In this document: in pieces, positions 26,329 through 38,659 of the stretch
Position numbering within the stretch: position 1 is the stretch's first letter
Layout of the letters: the number at the start of each line of letters is the position of its first letter
Assembly (NCBI GenBank): GCA_965223155.1
Contig: CBDCVR010000013.1
Coordinates: forward strand, 1,056,001-1,120,000
Length of the DNA: 64,000 bases
Source of the DNA: Candidatus Multivoradales bacterium
GTDB lineage: Bacteria > Acidobacteriota > Thermoanaerobaculia > Multivoradales > JAHEKO01
Direction of reading: 5' to 3'
Notes under the pieces: model-generated
The model's database searches: none
Seen by the model: the letters and a program-made list of their open reading frames with translations, nothing else
Told to the model about the DNA's origin: nothing
Program-made: the position numbers and the translations under genes

Positions 26329-26894
26329 CAGGCTCCTACCTCGAGCTCGGACAGAATGGACTCGGTTACCGCCTCGACCGGACGGTCGCCGTCCACCGAG
26401 CGCAGCAGTCCGGCAGCGCGGTAGCGTTCGACCAGCGGGCCGGTCTGCTCGCGGTACACCTCGAGCCGGCGCTCGATCACTTCGGCCCGGTCGTCCTCGC
26501 GCTGCCGCGCCAGCGCGCGCCGCACGAGTTCCTGCTCGGGCACGTCGATGAACCAGACCACGTCGAGCCCCGCGCCGATCTCCGAGAGCAGACGGTCCAA
26601 GGTGTCGGCCTGCGACGCATTGCGCGGATAGCCGTCCAACAGAAACCCGTCAGCGGCGTCCTCTTCCAGCAGCCGAGTCTTGACCACTTCGGCCATGGTC
26701 GCATCGTCGACGAAGGCCCCCGAGTTCAGGATCTCTTCGACGCGCTGCCCCAGCTCGGTGCCGGCCGACACCGCCGCGCGCAGCATCTCGCCGGTCGAGA
26801 TCGCCGGGACCTCGAGCCGGGAGGCCAGGCGCTCGGCCTGGGTTCCCTTCCCGGAACCTGGCGCGCCCAGAAGAATGGCCCGGATCCTAGCCAC
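26328..26894 (-). CDS. adk: Adenylate kinase (short-LID type)
   Basis: GAPGSGKGT; ISTGEMLR; FLLDGYPR. Confidence 0.97.
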   Translation of the reverse strand: MARIRAILLGAPGSGKGTQAERLASRLEVPAISTGEMLRAAVSAGTELGQRVEEILNSGAFVDDATMAEVVKTRLLEEDAADGFLLDGYPRNASQADTLDRLLSEIGAGLDVVWFIDVPEQELVRRALARQREDDRAEVIERRLEVYREQTGPLVERYRAAGLLRSVDGDRPVEAVTESILSELEVGA

Positions 26895-28269
26895 GGCGTC
26901 CCCTCAGGCGGCCCTTCTTCATGAAGCCCTCGTAGTTGCGCATGACGAGCTGGCTTTCGAGCTGCTGCACGAAGTCCATTGCCACGCCCACCACGATCAG
27001 GAGCGAAGTGCCGCCGAAGTAGAAGTTGATTCCCAGACCCTGGGTAAACCAGTCGGGCACCACGTCGTCCAAGGTCTCGCCCACAAAGGGCAGCCCGCCG
27101 ACCTTGAACCCGCTCAACAGAAACTCGGGCAGAACCGACACCGCGGCCAGGTAGATGGCTCCGACCAGGGTGAGCCGAGTCAAAATGCGGTCCAGATACT
27201 CGGACGTCCGCCGCCCCGAGCGAATGCCGGGAATGAAACCGCCGTACTTGCGCATGTTCTCGGCGGTGTCGGCGGGATTGAAGATGATCGAGACGTAGAA
27301 ATAACAGAAGAAGACGATCGCCGCCACGTAAAGCAAGTAGTGCAAGGGCTCGCCCCAGGCCAGGGCGTTCGCAATCTTCTGCAGCCACTGGTTCTGGAAC
27401 ATGCTGGCAACGGTAGTCGGAATCATGACCACCGAGCTGGCAAAGATCACCGGAATGACGCCACCGGTGTTGACCCTGAGCGGCAGGTAGGTGTTCTGCC
27501 CACCATAGACCCGCCGGCCTACGACTCGCTTGGCGTACTGGACCGGAATCCGCCTCTGCGCCCGTTCCATGTAGACGATAAATGCGATCACCGCAACCAT
27601 GAAGACGCAGAGGAAGAGGACCCGGAACAGCGTCAGGCCGCCGCTCTGGATGCTCTGGAGCGTGTTGGCCACCGCGCTCGGAAGCGCGACGATGATGCCG
27701 GCGAAGATGATGAGCGAGATGCCATTGCCGACGCCCCGCTCAGTGATCTGCTCGCCCAGCCACATGACGAAAGCGCAGCCGGTGGTCAGGGTCAGGATGG
27801 TCATCAGCCGGAAGCCCCAGCCCGGGTTGGGAACCAAGGCCGCGCCTCCGGGAGTCGTGACCCGTTCCACCCAGATCGCGATCGCGGTCGATTGCACGAT
27901 CGAGATCAGCATCGTGCCGTAGCGCGTGTACTGCGTGATCTTGCGGCGGCCCAGCTCGCCTTCCTTGGAGAGCTTTTCCAGGTAGGGCCAGACCACGGTC
28001 AGCAGCTGGAGCACGATCGACGCCGTGATGTACGGCATGATGCCCAGCGAGAAGACCGCGACCCGCTCCAAGCTGCCGCCGGTAAACGTATTCACCAGGC
28101 CCAAGAGCGTGCCCTGCGCCGCCTGCATGAACTCCAACAGAGCCTGGGGATCGATCCCCGGCGTCGGGATGTTGCAGCCGATGCGGTACACCGCAAGCAG
28201 CGCGAACGTGAAGATCAGCCGCTTGCGGAGGTCCGGAATCGCGAAAATGTTGCGAAACGACTCGATCAC
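26887..28269 (-). CDS. secY: Preprotein translocase SecY
   Basis: [11 protein letters not shown]; [14 protein letters not shown]; [12 protein letters not shown]. Confidence 0.99.
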   Translation of the reverse strand: MIESFRNIFAIPDLRKRLIFTFALLAVYRIGCNIPTPGIDPQALLEFMQAAQGTLLGLVNTFTGGSLERVAVFSLGIMPYITASIVLQLLTVVWPYLEKLSKEGELGRRKITQYTRYGTMLISIVQSTAIAIWVERVTTPGGAALVPNPGWGFRLMTILTLTTGCAFVMWLGEQITERGVGNGISLIIFAGIIVALPSAVANTLQSIQSGGLTLFRVLFLCVFMVAVIAFIVYMERAQRRIPVQYAKRVVGRRVYGGQNTYLPLRVNTGGVIPVIFASSVVMIPTTVASMFQNQWLQKIANALAWGEPLHYLLYVAAIVFFCYFYVSIIFNPADTAENMRKYGGFIPGIRSGRRTSEYLDRILTRLTLVGAIYLAAVSVLPEFLLSGFKVGGLPFVGETLDDVVPDWFTQGLGINFYFGGTSLLIVVGVAMDFVQQLESQLVMRNYEGFMKKGRLRGRRG

Positions 28270-28703
28270 CGGGCGAGCACCTCACAGCTGCCGCCCGCGG
28301 CTTCGATCTTCTCGCGGGCGGTCTTGCTGAACTTGTGGGCCTTGACGGCCAGCGCTTGATCGATGGCACCGCTGCCCAGGATCTTGACCGGCTGTCCCTT
28401 GCGAACCAGTCCCTTGGCCAGCAGGGTCTCGGGCGTGACGTCGCCTTCGAAGCCTTCCAACCGGCTCAGGTTGACCACCGAGTACTCACGCCGGAAGATA
28501 TTGGTGAAACCGCGCTTCGGCACCCGCCGGACGAGCGGCATCTGGCCGCCTTCGAAACCACGCCGGCGGCTGAAGCCGGAACGCGACCGCTGACCCTTAT
28601 GACCACGGCCGGCGGTCTTGCCGGTACCGGAGCCCGGGCCGCGACCGATGCGCTTGCGCGCGCGGCGGCTGCCCTTGGCCGGAGAGAGTTCGTGCAACTT
28701 CAT
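28266..28703 (-). CDS. rplO: 50S ribosomal protein L15
   Basis: [19 protein letters not shown]; FEGGQMPL. Confidence 0.99.
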   Translation of the reverse strand: MKLHELSPAKGSRRARKRIGRGPGSGTGKTAGRGHKGQRSRSGFSRRRGFEGGQMPLVRRVPKRGFTNIFRREYSVVNLSRLEGFEGDVTPETLLAKGLVRKGQPVKILGSGAIDQALAVKAHKFSKTAREKIEAAGGSCEVLAR

Positions 28704-28707
28704 CGTC

Positions 28708-28899
28708 CTAGTCCTCGACTATTTCCACCAGATGGGAGATCTTGGTCACCATGCCCCGGACCGCCGGGGTGTCTTCGCGCTCGACGGTGTGCCGGATACG
28801 GCGCAGCCCCAAGCTGCGCAGCACCTCGTGCTGACCCGGAGGCCGGCCGATCGCACTCCGCGTCTGCCGCACCTTGATCGTCTTTGCCTTTTTCGCCAT
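28708..28899 (-). CDS. rpmD: 50S ribosomal protein L30
   Basis: [20 protein letters not shown]; synteny. Confidence 0.97.
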   Translation of the reverse strand: MAKKAKTIKVRQTRSAIGRPPGQHEVLRSLGLRRIRHTVEREDTPAVRGMVTKISHLVEIVED

Positions 28900-28924
28900 C
28901 TCGTTGTCCTCGCCGTCTCCGCCG

Positions 28925-29419
28925 CTAGACCGCGGGCTCCTCGATGCCGCGCTCGCGGAACACGAGGTCCCGGCTACGCAGCTGGAGCAGCGCCTCCATG
29001 GTCGCCTTGACCACGTTCTGCGGGTTCTTGGAGCCGATCGATTTGGTCAGAATGTCCTGGATTCCCGCACCCTCGACGACCGCGCGCACGGCACCGCCGG
29101 CGATGACGCCGGTGCCCTCGGACGCCGGCTTGAGCAGCACTCGGCTCGAGCCGAAGATACCCAGCGACTCATGCGGAATCGACGTACCCTCCATGGGCAC
29201 TGTCATCAGATTCTTCTTTGCGATCTCGACACCTTTCCGGATGGCGCTCGGGACCTCTTTGGCCTTGCCCGAGCCGTAGCCCACGCGCCCAGCACCATCC
29301 CCGATCACAACAAGCGCGGAGAAGGAAAAATTCTTGCCGCCCTTCACAACCTTGGTCACCCGGTTGATGTGGATGACCTGTTCGAAGAACTCGCTATCTC
29401 TGTCGTAGTCTCTCGCCAA
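28925..29419 (-). CDS. rpsE: 30S ribosomal protein S5
   Basis: [11 protein letters not shown]; [12 protein letters not shown]. Confidence 0.99.
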   Translation of the reverse strand: MARDYDRDSEFFEQVIHINRVTKVVKGGKNFSFSALVVIGDGAGRVGYGSGKAKEVPSAIRKGVEIAKKNLMTVPMEGTSIPHESLGIFGSSRVLLKPASEGTGVIAGGAVRAVVEGAGIQDILTKSIGSKNPQNVVKATMEALLQLRSRDLVFRERGIEEPAV

Positions 29420-29448
29420 CGTACTCTCCTCGTCGCCGTCTAGCTCGG

Positions 29449-29817
29449 CTAGAACTCCAGTCCTTTGGCCCGCGCCCCTTCGGCGACCTGCTTGACCCTG
29501 CCATGAAACACATACCCGCCTCGGTCGAAGACCACTTGCGCCACGCCTTTTTCTTGGGCGCGCTCGGCAAGCGTCTCGCCGACCAGGCGCGCCGCCTCTT
29601 TGCTCTTCGAGCTCGACGCTGCCTTGCGGATCTTCTTCTCGGCCGAGCTGGCCTGGACGATGGTCTCGCCCTTGGCGTCGTCGATGAGCTGCGCGTAGGT
29701 GAAGCGCAGACTCTTGAATACCGCCAAGCGCGGCCGCGCCTCGGTGCCGGCCAGATGCTTGCGGACTCGACGGTGCGCACGCTCCCGCCGCTGTCGTTTT
29801 CTCTGTGCTCTGTCCAC
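29449..29817 (-). CDS. rplR: 50S ribosomal protein L18
   Basis: RPRLAVFKS; [16 protein letters not shown] start after GGAGG. Confidence 0.97.
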   Translation of the reverse strand: MDRAQRKRQRRERAHRRVRKHLAGTEARPRLAVFKSLRFTYAQLIDDAKGETIVQASSAEKKIRKAASSSKSKEAARLVGETLAERAQEKGVAQVVFDRGGYVFHGRVKQVAEGARAKGLEF

Positions 29818-29836
29818 GTCTCTTCCTCCGCGGGTC

Positions 29837-30382
29837 CTAACTAGCGGCCACTCCGGCCTTGCCCACCTTGCGCCGGATGACTTCCTCGGCGTACTTGATG
29901 CCCTTGCCCTTGTAGGGCTCGGGCTTGCGCAAGGAGCGGATCTCGGCCGCAACCTGGCCGACCTGCTGCTTCGATGCGCCGCTGATCGCAATGCCGTTGT
30001 TCTTGTCCACCTCGATGGCGATGCCCTCGGGAATCGCGTACACGACCGGATGCGAGTAGCCCAGCGCCAGATGCAGCTCCTTGCCTTTGACCTCGACGCG
30101 GTAGCCGACGCCGTTGACTTCGAGCTTGCGGGTGAAGCCCTCGGTCACGCCGGCAACGGCGTTAGCCAAGAGCGCCCGGGTCAGCCCATGAAACGCACGA
30201 TCGCGTCCGGCATTGCTGGAACGGGTGACCTTGACCTCGCCTTCTTCGATCGTCACTGAGATCGAAGCCGGCACCTTCTCGGACACCTTGCCCTTGGGGC
30301 CTTCGGCCGAGAAGCGGCCGTTCTCGAACGACACCTTGACCCCTTGCGGGATCGGGATGGGATTCTTGCCTACTCTGGACAT
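29837..30382 (-). CDS. rplF: 50S ribosomal protein L6
   Basis: MSRVGKNPI; PEPYKGKGI. Confidence 0.99.
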   Translation of the reverse strand: MSRVGKNPIPIPQGVKVSFENGRFSAEGPKGKVSEKVPASISVTIEEGEVKVTRSSNAGRDRAFHGLTRALLANAVAGVTEGFTRKLEVNGVGYRVEVKGKELHLALGYSHPVVYAIPEGIAIEVDKNNGIAISGASKQQVGQVAAEIRSLRKPEPYKGKGIKYAEEVIRRKVGKAGVAAS

Positions 30383-30403
30383 TGCACTACTCCTGGCAGG
30401 GAC

Positions 30404-30805
30404 CTACCAGACCTCGCAGAGAATCTCGCCGCCGACCCGCTGCTGGCGAGCTTCGGCGTCGGTCAGAAGTCCCAGCGAAGTCGAAACGATGCCGATTCCG
30501 AGGCCGTTGAGCACCGGTTTGAGATCGTTGGCACCGCGGTACACCCGCCGTCCCGGCTTGCTCACTCGGCGCATGGTCCGGATCGCCGGCTCGCCGTCGC
30601 TGCCGTATTTCAGAAAAACCCGGATCGCGCGCGTGGTGGGCTCGTCGCCGTACTCTTCGTAGTCGGAAATGTAGCCCTGCTCCTTAAGGATCCGGCACAC
30701 CTCGACCTTGAGGTTCGAGCCCGGCACCTCCAAGCGGTCGTGCTTGACGGTGTGGGCGTTCCGAATCCGGGTCAACAGGTCGGAAACTGGGTCGGTCATG
30801 GTCAT
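30404..30805 (-). CDS. rpsH: 30S ribosomal protein S8
   Basis: MTDPVSDLLTRIRNA; SKPGRRVY; GGEILC. Confidence 0.99.
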   Translation of the reverse strand: MTMTDPVSDLLTRIRNAHTVKHDRLEVPGSNLKVEVCRILKEQGYISDYEEYGDEPTTRAIRVFLKYGSDGEPAIRTMRRVSKPGRRVYRGANDLKPVLNGLGIGIVSTSLGLLTDAEARQQRVGGEILCEVW

Positions 30806-30817
30806 GGGTCGGCTCTC

Positions 30818-31003
30818 CTACCAGCTCGCCTTGGTGACACCGGGCAGGTAGCCCTGCAGAGCCAGATTCCGGAAACAAATCCGGCACAGGCCGAACTTGC
30901 GCATGAACCCACGCGGGCGACCGCACCGCCGGCAGCGATTCCGCGTCCGAACCGAGAACTTCGGCTTCTTCTTCATCTGAGCCATCTTGGCTGTCGTGGC
31001 CAC
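30818..31003 (-). CDS. rpsN: 30S ribosomal protein S14 (type Z, Zn-binding)
   Basis: [24 protein letters not shown]. Confidence 0.98.
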   Translation of the reverse strand: MATTAKMAQMKKKPKFSVRTRNRCRRCGRPRGFMRKFGLCRICFRNLALQGYLPGVTKASW

Positions 31004-31015
31004 GCTAGGTCTCCT

Positions 31016-31606
31016 TTAGCTCGCTTCCCTGCGTCGGAACGGCATCCCCAGCTCCTTGAGGAGCTGATACGCCTGCTCGTCATGCTCGGCGCTGGTCACG
31101 ATGGTGACGTTGACGCCCTTGGTCTTGTCGATCTTGTTGTAGTCGATATCGGGGAAGATCAGATGATCCTTGATCCCGAGGGTGTAGTTGCCGCGACCGT
31201 CGAAGGCCCGATCGGACACTCCGCGGAAGTCCCGGACGCGCGGCAGCGCGGTCGAGATCAGGCGGTCCAGGAAATCCCACATGCGCCGTCCGCGCAGGGT
31301 CACCCGGCAACCGATCGGCATGCCCTCGCGCACCTTGAACGCGGCGATGGACTTGCGCGCGCGAGTGATGGTCGCGCGCTGGCCGGCGATCGTACTGAGC
31401 TCGTCGGCCGCGTCGTCCAGAAGCTTGACGTTCTGAGTCGCCTCGCCGAGCCCGACGTTGAGCACGATTTTCTCGATGCGCGGCACCGCCATCACGTTCT
31501 CGATCGAGAACTGCTTCTGCAGGCTGGGCAGCACCTCCTCCTGGTACTGCTTGCGCAGCCTGGGAGTGTAGTCGCCGTTCTGATTGGTCTTTTTCTTCGC
31601 TGTCAT
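31016..31606 (-). CDS. rplE: 50S ribosomal protein L5
   Basis: [10 protein letters not shown]; LPRVRDFRG; FDGRGNY. Confidence 0.98.
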   Translation of the reverse strand: MTAKKKTNQNGDYTPRLRKQYQEEVLPSLQKQFSIENVMAVPRIEKIVLNVGLGEATQNVKLLDDAADELSTIAGQRATITRARKSIAAFKVREGMPIGCRVTLRGRRMWDFLDRLISTALPRVRDFRGVSDRAFDGRGNYTLGIKDHLIFPDIDYNKIDKTKGVNVTIVTSAEHDEQAYQLLKELGMPFRRREAS

Positions 31607-31619
31607 TGCCGTCTTCTCG

Positions 31620-31940
31620 CTAGAACGTCGCCTCGCAGCGGCGGCACACGCGGGCACCGGTGCCGTCCTCGAGGCGCTTGCGTCCGACGCGGGTCGGCTT
31701 GCCGCACTCGGGACAAACCACCTTGAGATTGGAGAGCCGGATCGGCGCCTCCCGCTCCAGGATGCCGCCCTGGACCTGCTTGCTCGGATTGGCCCGAGTG
31801 TGCTTCTTCATCATGTTGATGCGCTCGACGATGGCGGTGCCGTCGCCCGGAAGAACGCGCAGGACCTTGCCCTTCGCGCCCCGGTCCTTGCCGGCAATGA
31901 CGACCACCTCGTCGTTCTTCTTGATTCGTATCTTGTGCAT
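31620..31940 (-). CDS. rplX: 50S ribosomal protein L24
   Basis: [16 protein letters not shown]; EAPIRLSN. Confidence 0.98.
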   Translation of the reverse strand: MHKIRIKKNDEVVVIAGKDRGAKGKVLRVLPGDGTAIVERINMMKKHTRANPSKQVQGGILEREAPIRLSNLKVVCPECGKPTRVGRKRLEDGTGARVCRRCEATF

Positions 31941-31959
31941 GCCTTGCGTCCTCGTTGCC

Positions 31960-32328
31960 CTAGATGACCTCGGGCGCCAGAGACACGATCTTCATGAACC
32001 GCTTCTCGCGCAACTCGCGCGCCACCGGGCCGAAGACACGGGTCCCGATCGGCTCCCCGGCCTCGTTGACCAGGACCGCCGAGTTGCTGTCGAAACGGAT
32101 ATAGCTGCCGTCGCGCCGGCGCTGGCTGCGCCGGGTCCGAACGATCACCGCGCGCACGACCTGTCCCTTCTTGACCGTGCCGTCCGGCGTCGCCTCCTTG
32201 ACCGAAGCGGTGATGACGTCGCCGATGCCGCCGGTCTTGCCCGCCGAACCGCCGCGCAGACGGATGCACGCAATCTTGCGGGCACCCGAATTGTCAGCAA
32301 CCTCGAGAACCGATCCCATCTGAATCAT
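31960..32328 (-). CDS. rplN: 50S ribosomal protein L14
   Basis: VADNSGAR; [13 protein letters not shown]. Confidence 0.99.
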   Translation of the reverse strand: MIQMGSVLEVADNSGARKIACIRLRGGSAGKTGGIGDVITASVKEATPDGTVKKGQVVRAVIVRTRRSQRRRDGSYIRFDSNSAVLVNEAGEPIGTRVFGPVARELREKRFMKIVSLAPEVI

Positions 32329-32332
32329 CGCC

Positions 32333-32608
32333 CTAGCCCTCCGCCTTCTCGACCACCCGGCGAACGCGCCAGCGCTTGAGCTTGGACAGGGGCCGGCTAG
32401 TCACGATCTCGACGCGATCGCCGATCCCGCACTGGTTGCCTTCGTCATGGGCGTAGTACCTGTTCGACCGTTTCAAGTAGCGACGGTAAAGCCTGTGCAT
32501 GACGGTCTTCTCCACCGACACCACCACGGTCTTGTCCATCTTGTTGCTGACCACGGTCCCGACCATGACCTGCCGGCGCCCGCGGCCGCTTTCGACTTGC
32601 TCGCTCAT
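32333..32608 (-). CDS. rpsQ: 30S ribosomal protein S17
   Basis: [14 protein letters not shown]; RPLSKLKRW. Confidence 0.99.
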   Translation of the reverse strand: MSEQVESGRGRRQVMVGTVVSNKMDKTVVVSVEKTVMHRLYRRYLKRSNRYYAHDEGNQCGIGDRVEIVTSRPLSKLKRWRVRRVVEKAEG

Positions 32609-32625
32609 CGTTCGACTCCCGGCGC

Positions 32626-32823
32626 CTAGGCGCTCGCTTGCTCTTTCTCTTGCAACACGGTCAGCACCCGAGCCAGATCGCGCTTGACGTTCTTGATCTT
32701 GGTCGGATTCTCGAGCTGGCCGGTGACCTTCTGCAACCGGAGCGCGAAGAGCTGCTCGGCCAGCTCGGTTTCCCGTTCGCGCAGCTCCTCCGCGGTCTGT
32801 TCCCTTAGTTCGCTTGCCTTCAT
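32626..32823 (-). CDS. rpmC: 50S ribosomal protein L29
   Basis: MKASELRE..LFALRLQ..GQLENP..ARVLT. Confidence 0.97.
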   Translation of the reverse strand: MKASELREQTAEELRERETELAEQLFALRLQKVTGQLENPTKIKNVKRDLARVLTVLQEKEQASA

Positions 32824-32849
32824 GAGTGATTCCTTCTGCGCCGCTCCGG

Positions 32850-33272
32850 TTAGCCGATCATCTGGGTGTCCCGCGACAGGTAGCGGGTCTTGATGCCGAA
32901 CTTGTAGGAAGCCTTGTTCATGGCGTGACGCGCCACCTCTTCGGAGACGCCTTCCAGCTCGAACAGAATCCGTCCCGGCTTGACCACGGCGACCCATTCC
33001 TCCGGATTGCCCTTACCCTTACCCATCCGGGTCTCGAGCGGCTTCTTGGTGATCGGCTTGTCCGGGAAGACCCGAATCCAGATCTTGCCACCACGCTTGA
33101 CGCCACGCGCGATGGCAATACGGGCGGCCTCGATCTGCCGCGCCGTGATCCAGCCGGCCTCGAGGGCTTGCAGCGCGTAGTCGCCAAAGGCGATGTAGTC
33201 GCCGCCCTTGGCGCGACCCGCGCGCCGCCCGCGCTGCTGCTTGCGGTACTTGACCTTTTTCGGCATCAACAT
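32850..33272 (-). CDS. rplP: 50S ribosomal protein L16
   Basis: [12 protein letters not shown]; RMGKGKG. Confidence 0.99.
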   Translation of the reverse strand: MLMPKKVKYRKQQRGRRAGRAKGGDYIAFGDYALQALEAGWITARQIEAARIAIARGVKRGGKIWIRVFPDKPITKKPLETRMGKGKGNPEEWVAVVKPGRILFELEGVSEEVARHAMNKASYKFGIKTRYLSRDTQMIG

Positions 33273-33302
33273 GATGTGTGTTCCTCCAGCCTCGATCCCG
33301 CT

Positions 33303-33953
33303 CTAGACGGCGACCCGACGCACCTTCTCGCGCAAGAGGTCGCCCTTGTAGATCCAGACCTTGCAGCCGATGACCCCGTAGGTGGTGCGGGCCTCGGCAA
33401 AGCCGTAGTCGATGTCAGCCTTGAGTGTGTGCAGCGGCAGCCGTCCGTCCTGGTACCACTCGGTGCGGGCGATCTCATTGCCGCCGAGACGGCCGGAGAC
33501 CATGACCTTGAAGCCCTTGGCGCCGAACCGGAAGGCCGCCTCCATGGACTTCTTCATGGCCCGCCGGAACGCGATCCGCCGGAGCAGCTGATGGGCCAGG
33601 TTCTCGGCTACCAGCTGGGCCTCCAGCTCGGGCCGGGTGATCTCCTGGATGTTGATGTGGACGGGCCGTCCCATCTGCTTCATCAAGTCGTCGCGCAGCT
33701 TGTCCACCTCGGCTCCCTTGCGGCCGATGATGATGCCCGGACGCGACGTGTAGATGGTGACGCGGAGCTTGTCGGCGGCGCGCTCGATGTCGATCTCGCT
33801 CACGCCGGCATGCCCCAGCCGCTTCTTGAGCTGGCTGCGCAGCTCGAGATCGTCGTGCAGCAAGTCCGCGTAGTCGTGCTCGGCGAACCAGCGCGAGTGC
33901 CACGGCTTGTTGTAGACCAGCCGGAAACCGTAGGGATGTGTCTTTTGACCCAC
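33303..33953 (-). CDS. rpsC: 30S ribosomal protein S3
   Basis: [12 protein letters not shown]; [11 protein letters not shown]. Confidence 0.99.
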   Translation of the reverse strand: MGQKTHPYGFRLVYNKPWHSRWFAEHDYADLLHDDLELRSQLKKRLGHAGVSEIDIERAADKLRVTIYTSRPGIIIGRKGAEVDKLRDDLMKQMGRPVHINIQEITRPELEAQLVAENLAHQLLRRIAFRRAMKKSMEAAFRFGAKGFKVMVSGRLGGNEIARTEWYQDGRLPLHTLKADIDYGFAEARTTYGVIGCKVWIYKGDLLREKVRRVAV

Positions 33954-33962
33954 TAGAAACTC

Positions 33963-34313
33963 CTAGTCCTGAGCGCCCTTGCGCGTATCGAGCTTGATGG
34001 TGACGTGGCTCTGCCGCTTCAAGATGCGAAACGCCCGGCCCATCGGCTGCGGCCGCAGCCGCTTTAAGACCGGCCCGGGATCGACGTAGATTTCCTTGAC
34101 ATACAGCCGGTCCACGTCCACGCCTTCGTCGCGGTTCTCGGCGTTGGCGACCGCCGACTTCAACAGCTTCTCGACCGCTCTGGCCGCGGACTTCTTGCTC
34201 AGAGCCAGCAGGTTGGCGGCTTCCTGGGCGTCTTTGCCCCGGATCTGGTCGGCGACCAAGCGCACCTTCTGCGGTGACGCCTGCAGATACCGAAGTCGAG
34301 CTGATACTTCCAT
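33963..34313 (-). CDS. rplV: 50S ribosomal protein L22
   Basis: SPQKVRLVAD; KSAVANA; SHVTI. Confidence 0.98.
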   Translation of the reverse strand: MEVSARLRYLQASPQKVRLVADQIRGKDAQEAANLLALSKKSAARAVEKLLKSAVANAENRDEGVDVDRLYVKEIYVDPGPVLKRLRPQPMGRAFRILKRQSHVTIKLDTRKGAQD

Positions 34314-34350
34314 GATCTCTTGTCCTAACCTTCCGATCCCAATTCGTTGC

Positions 34351-34638
34351 CTAGCGGGGCCGCCCGGCCTTCTCGGCCCTGCCGCTGGTGTGCCCGCGAT
34401 AGGTGCGCGTCGCCGCGAACTCGCCCAGCTTGTGGCCAACCATGTTCTCGGTGACGTAGACGGGAATGAACTTCATGCCGTTGTGGACGGCGATCGTCAG
34501 GCCCACCATGTCCGGGATGATGGTCGAACGCCGCGACCAGGTCTTGATCACCCTACGGTCGCCGGCGGAGACCGCCTTGTCGACCTTGCCTCGCAGGTGG
34601 TCGTCGATGAAGAAACCCTTCTTGAGAGAACGCGTCAT
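34351..34638 (-). CDS. rpsS: 30S ribosomal protein S19
   Basis: RSLKKG; KTWSRRS; GHKLGEFA. Confidence 0.99.
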   Translation of the reverse strand: MTRSLKKGFFIDDHLRGKVDKAVSAGDRRVIKTWSRRSTIIPDMVGLTIAVHNGMKFIPVYVTENMVGHKLGEFAATRTYRGHTSGRAEKAGRPR

Positions 34639-34653
34639 CAGCCTACCTCGTTC

Positions 34654-35481
34654 CTACTTGCGGTTCCGCCGCCGCACGATCATGGAGTCCGTCCGCTTGT
34701 TCTTGCGGGTCCTGTAGCCCTTGGTGGGAACGCCCCACGGCGTGCAGGGGTGTCGCCCGCCCGAGCTGCGGCCCTCGCCGCCACCCATCGGATGGTCCAC
34801 CGGATTCATCACCACGCCGCGGTTGTGGGGCCTGCGGCCCAGCCAGCGGCGCCGCCCGGCCTTGCCGAAGGACCGGTTCTCGTGGCTGCTGTTGCCGACC
34901 TGCCCGATCGTGGCCATGCAGTTAACGTGCACGCGACGAGTCTCGCCGGACGGCAAGCGCACCTGCGCGTAGCTGCCTTCTTTGGCCATGAGCTGCGCGC
35001 CGCCACCGGCGGTACGCACCATCTGGCCGCCCTTGCCGATCTTGAGCTCGATGTTGTGAACGATCGTACCGACCGGAATGCTCCGCAGCGGCAGGGCGTT
35101 GCCGACGTCGATCGGAGCGTCCGGCCCCGAAACCACCTGGGCGCCCACGGCCAGCCCACTCGGCCACAGGATGTAGCGCTTCTCGCCGTCGGCGTAGCTA
35201 AGCAGGGCGATACGGGCCGAGCGGTTGGGATCGTACTCGACCGAAACCACCTTGGCCGGCACCCCAAACTTCTCGCGGCGAAAATCCACGATTCGGTAGC
35301 GCCGCTTGTGGCCGCCTCCCCGGAAGCGAATCGAGATCCGCCCCTTGTTGTTCCGGCCACCCGAGCCACCCTTGCCCTTGGTGAGCTTCTTGTGCGGCTT
35401 CTTCTCGGTGATCTCGTCAAACGTCGAGACCGATGCGAAGCGGCTTGCCGGATTCGTCGGCTTGTACTTTCTCGTAGCCAT
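34654..35481 (-). CDS. rplB: 50S ribosomal protein L2
   Basis: GGRNNKGRI; EYDPNRSA; [13 protein letters not shown]. Confidence 0.99.
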   Translation of the reverse strand: MATRKYKPTNPASRFASVSTFDEITEKKPHKKLTKGKGGSGGRNNKGRISIRFRGGGHKRRYRIVDFRREKFGVPAKVVSVEYDPNRSARIALLSYADGEKRYILWPSGLAVGAQVVSGPDAPIDVGNALPLRSIPVGTIVHNIELKIGKGGQMVRTAGGGAQLMAKEGSYAQVRLPSGETRRVHVNCMATIGQVGNSSHENRSFGKAGRRRWLGRRPHNRGVVMNPVDHPMGGGEGRSSGGRHPCTPWGVPTKGYRTRKNKRTDSMIVRRRNRK

Positions 35482-35482
35482 C

Positions 35483-35773
35483 CTAGACACCCTCGAAGAA
35501 CTCGATCGGCTTCTCGCCCTCGGCCAGGCGAACGTAAGCCTTTTTCCAATCCCGCCGCCGGCCGACAAACCGGCCTTGGCGGCGCACCTTGCCGTGCATG
35601 CGAAGCACCCGTACCTCGGCGACCTTGACCTTGAACTGCGCCTCGACGGCGCGCTTGATCTCGACCTTGTTGGCGCGAGGATCGACCTCGAACGCCACGA
35701 TCCCCTTGGAGTCCTTGAGATTCGTGGACTTCTCGGTGATCAGCGGCCGGCGAATCACTTCCTGAATCCTCAT
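35483..35773 (-). CDS. rplW: 50S ribosomal protein L23
   Basis: PLITEKS; [11 protein letters not shown]; WKKAYV. Confidence 0.98.
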   Translation of the reverse strand: MRIQEVIRRPLITEKSTNLKDSKGIVAFEVDPRANKVEIKRAVEAQFKVKVAEVRVLRMHGKVRRQGRFVGRRRDWKKAYVRLAEGEKPIEFFEGV

Positions 35774-36393
35774 CCTGCAAGCACCCCCACCAAGCGATCC
35801 AGAGCCTTCTGGCTGAAGACCACCATTGGCCGGTCGACGACGTCGTACACGGTCACGTGCATGGCATCGACGGCTTTGACGCTCGGGTTGTTGCGCGCCG
35901 CCAGCCCGAGGTTCGTGTTGTGGTAATCGTCCACCAGCAGCGTCTTGCCCGAAACTCCAATCGCATCGAGCTGCCTGGCCAGGGCCGCCGTCTTGTGCGT
36001 ATCCAGATCCAGCGAGTCGATGACCACCAGCTCGTTGCCGCGCAGCTTCTGAGACAACGCCGACTTGAGGGCGTTGCGCTTTTCCTGCGCCGACAGCCTC
36101 ATCGAGTGATCTCGAACGCGCGGGCCGTGCACGGTGCCGCCACCCCGCCAGAGCGGCGACGAGGCACGCCCGGCGCGCGCCCGGCCGGTGCCCTTCTGGC
36201 GCCAGGGCTTGCGGTTTGAAGCCCGGACTTCGCCGCGCTCCTTGACCTTGTGGGCACCCGATCGGTCGGCGTTCCGATTGGCCCGAACCGCGGTGTGAAT
36301 CAGGTGCTCCTTGTAGGGATAGTCCAGCACGCCGTCGGGAATCTCGACCTCGCGCGCGGCGCCCCCTGAGAAGCTTCGTACTTCGATCTTCAT
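35770..36393 (-). CDS. rplD: 50S ribosomal protein L4
   Basis: [14 protein letters not shown]; WRGGG.VHGP. Confidence 0.98.
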   Translation of the reverse strand: MKIEVRSFSGGAAREVEIPDGVLDYPYKEHLIHTAVRANRNADRSGAHKVKERGEVRASNRKPWRQKGTGRARAGRASSPLWRGGGTVHGPRVRDHSMRLSAQEKRNALKSALSQKLRGNELVVIDSLDLDTHKTAALARQLDAIGVSGKTLLVDDYHNTNLGLAARNNPSVKAVDAMHVTVYDVVDRPMVVFSQKALDRLVGVLAG

Positions 36394-36404
36394 CTTCGCC
36401 TCCG

Positions 36405-37040
36405 CTAACCCTTCTTGGCGCGACGGATCGCGAGATAGCCGTTGCGGGGCCCGGGGACCGAACCGCGCAGGTAGATGAGATTCTTTTCCTCGTCGACCTT
36501 CTCGACGCGGAGGTTCTTGACGGTGACCGGCTTGCCGCCCATGCGGCCGGGGAGCTTCACTCCCGGAAAAACACGCGACGGATCCGATGCCTGACCGATC
36601 GACCCCGGCGCGCGATGAAACATCGAACCGTGAGTCGCCCGGCCGCCGCCGAAGCCGTGCCGCTTCATGACGCCCTGGAAGCCCTTGCCCTTGGAGGTTC
36701 CGATGACGTCGACGTAATCCTCTTCCGCGAAGATCGACGCCTTCACCTGGTCGCCGGCCTTCCACTCGGAGTCGGCCTCGACCCCAAACTCCTCGAGCCG
36801 GCGCATCGCGGCGACTCCGGCCTTGGCGAAGTGTCCCTGCATCGGCTTCGGAACCTGGCGCGGCGGGCGCTCGTCAACCAGGCCGAGCTGGACGGCTTCG
36901 TAGCCGTCGCGCTCGGAGGTCCGGCGCTGCACGACGAGACAGGGACCCGCCTGGACCACCGTGACCGGCACCACGTGGCCGTCCTCACGGTAGATCTGGG
37001 TCATGCCGAGCTTCTTGCCCAGTAAGCCTTCCATCGTCAT
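36405..37040 (-). CDS. rplC: 50S ribosomal protein L3
   Basis: GKKLGMTQ; [13 protein letters not shown]; HRAPGSIG. Confidence 0.99.
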   Translation of the reverse strand: MTMEGLLGKKLGMTQIYREDGHVVPVTVVQAGPCLVVQRRTSERDGYEAVQLGLVDERPPRQVPKPMQGHFAKAGVAAMRRLEEFGVEADSEWKAGDQVKASIFAEEDYVDVIGTSKGKGFQGVMKRHGFGGGRATHGSMFHRAPGSIGQASDPSRVFPGVKLPGRMGGKPVTVKNLRVEKVDEEKNLIYLRGSVPGPRNGYLAIRRAKKG

Positions 37041-37049
37041 ACTCCTAGA

Positions 37050-37367
37050 TCACTTTCCAAACGCCTTGATCTCGACGTCGACGCCGGCCGGAAGCTCTAG
37101 CTTCATCAGAGCGTCGACCGTCTGGCTCGTCGGATCGAAGATGTCCAAGAGGCGCTTGTGGGTGCGTATTTCGAACTGTTCGCGGGACTTCTTGTCAACG
37201 TGGGGCCCCCGGTTGACCGTGTAGCGGTTGATCTTCGTCGGCAGGGGAATCGGCCCCACGCATCGGGCTCCGGTCCGCCTGGCGGTGTCGACGATCTCGG
37301 TCGTCGAGGCGTCCAGGATCCGGTAGTCGAAGGCCTTGAGCCGGATGCGAATCTTGTCGTTTACCAT
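37050..37367 (-). CDS. rpsJ: 30S ribosomal protein S10
   Basis: [10 protein letters not shown]; GPIPLPT; [11 protein letters not shown]. Confidence 0.99.
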   Translation of the reverse strand: MVNDKIRIRLKAFDYRILDASTTEIVDTARRTGARCVGPIPLPTKINRYTVNRGPHVDKKSREQFEIRTHKRLLDIFDPTSQTVDALMKLELPAGVDVEIKAFGK

Positions 37368-37409
37368 TGCAGAAGTCCCTGTAGCTCTGGATTGTCCGTG
37401 GGTCGCGGG

Positions 37410-38603
<1,194 letters not shown>

Positions 38604-38659
38604 GCCAATCTCCTCCGCTTGCGGAAGTCTGTTCGTTCGGTAGCGCCCCAGGGCCGGTC

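Noticed and set aside
29818-36765. N-terminally extended ORF-track versions of rplR, rplE, rpmC, rplV, rplB and rplD (also rpsL, rplA, frr)
   Set aside because: The extensions overlap upstream genes. Downstream starts match canonical protein lengths, most with an SD-like sequence.
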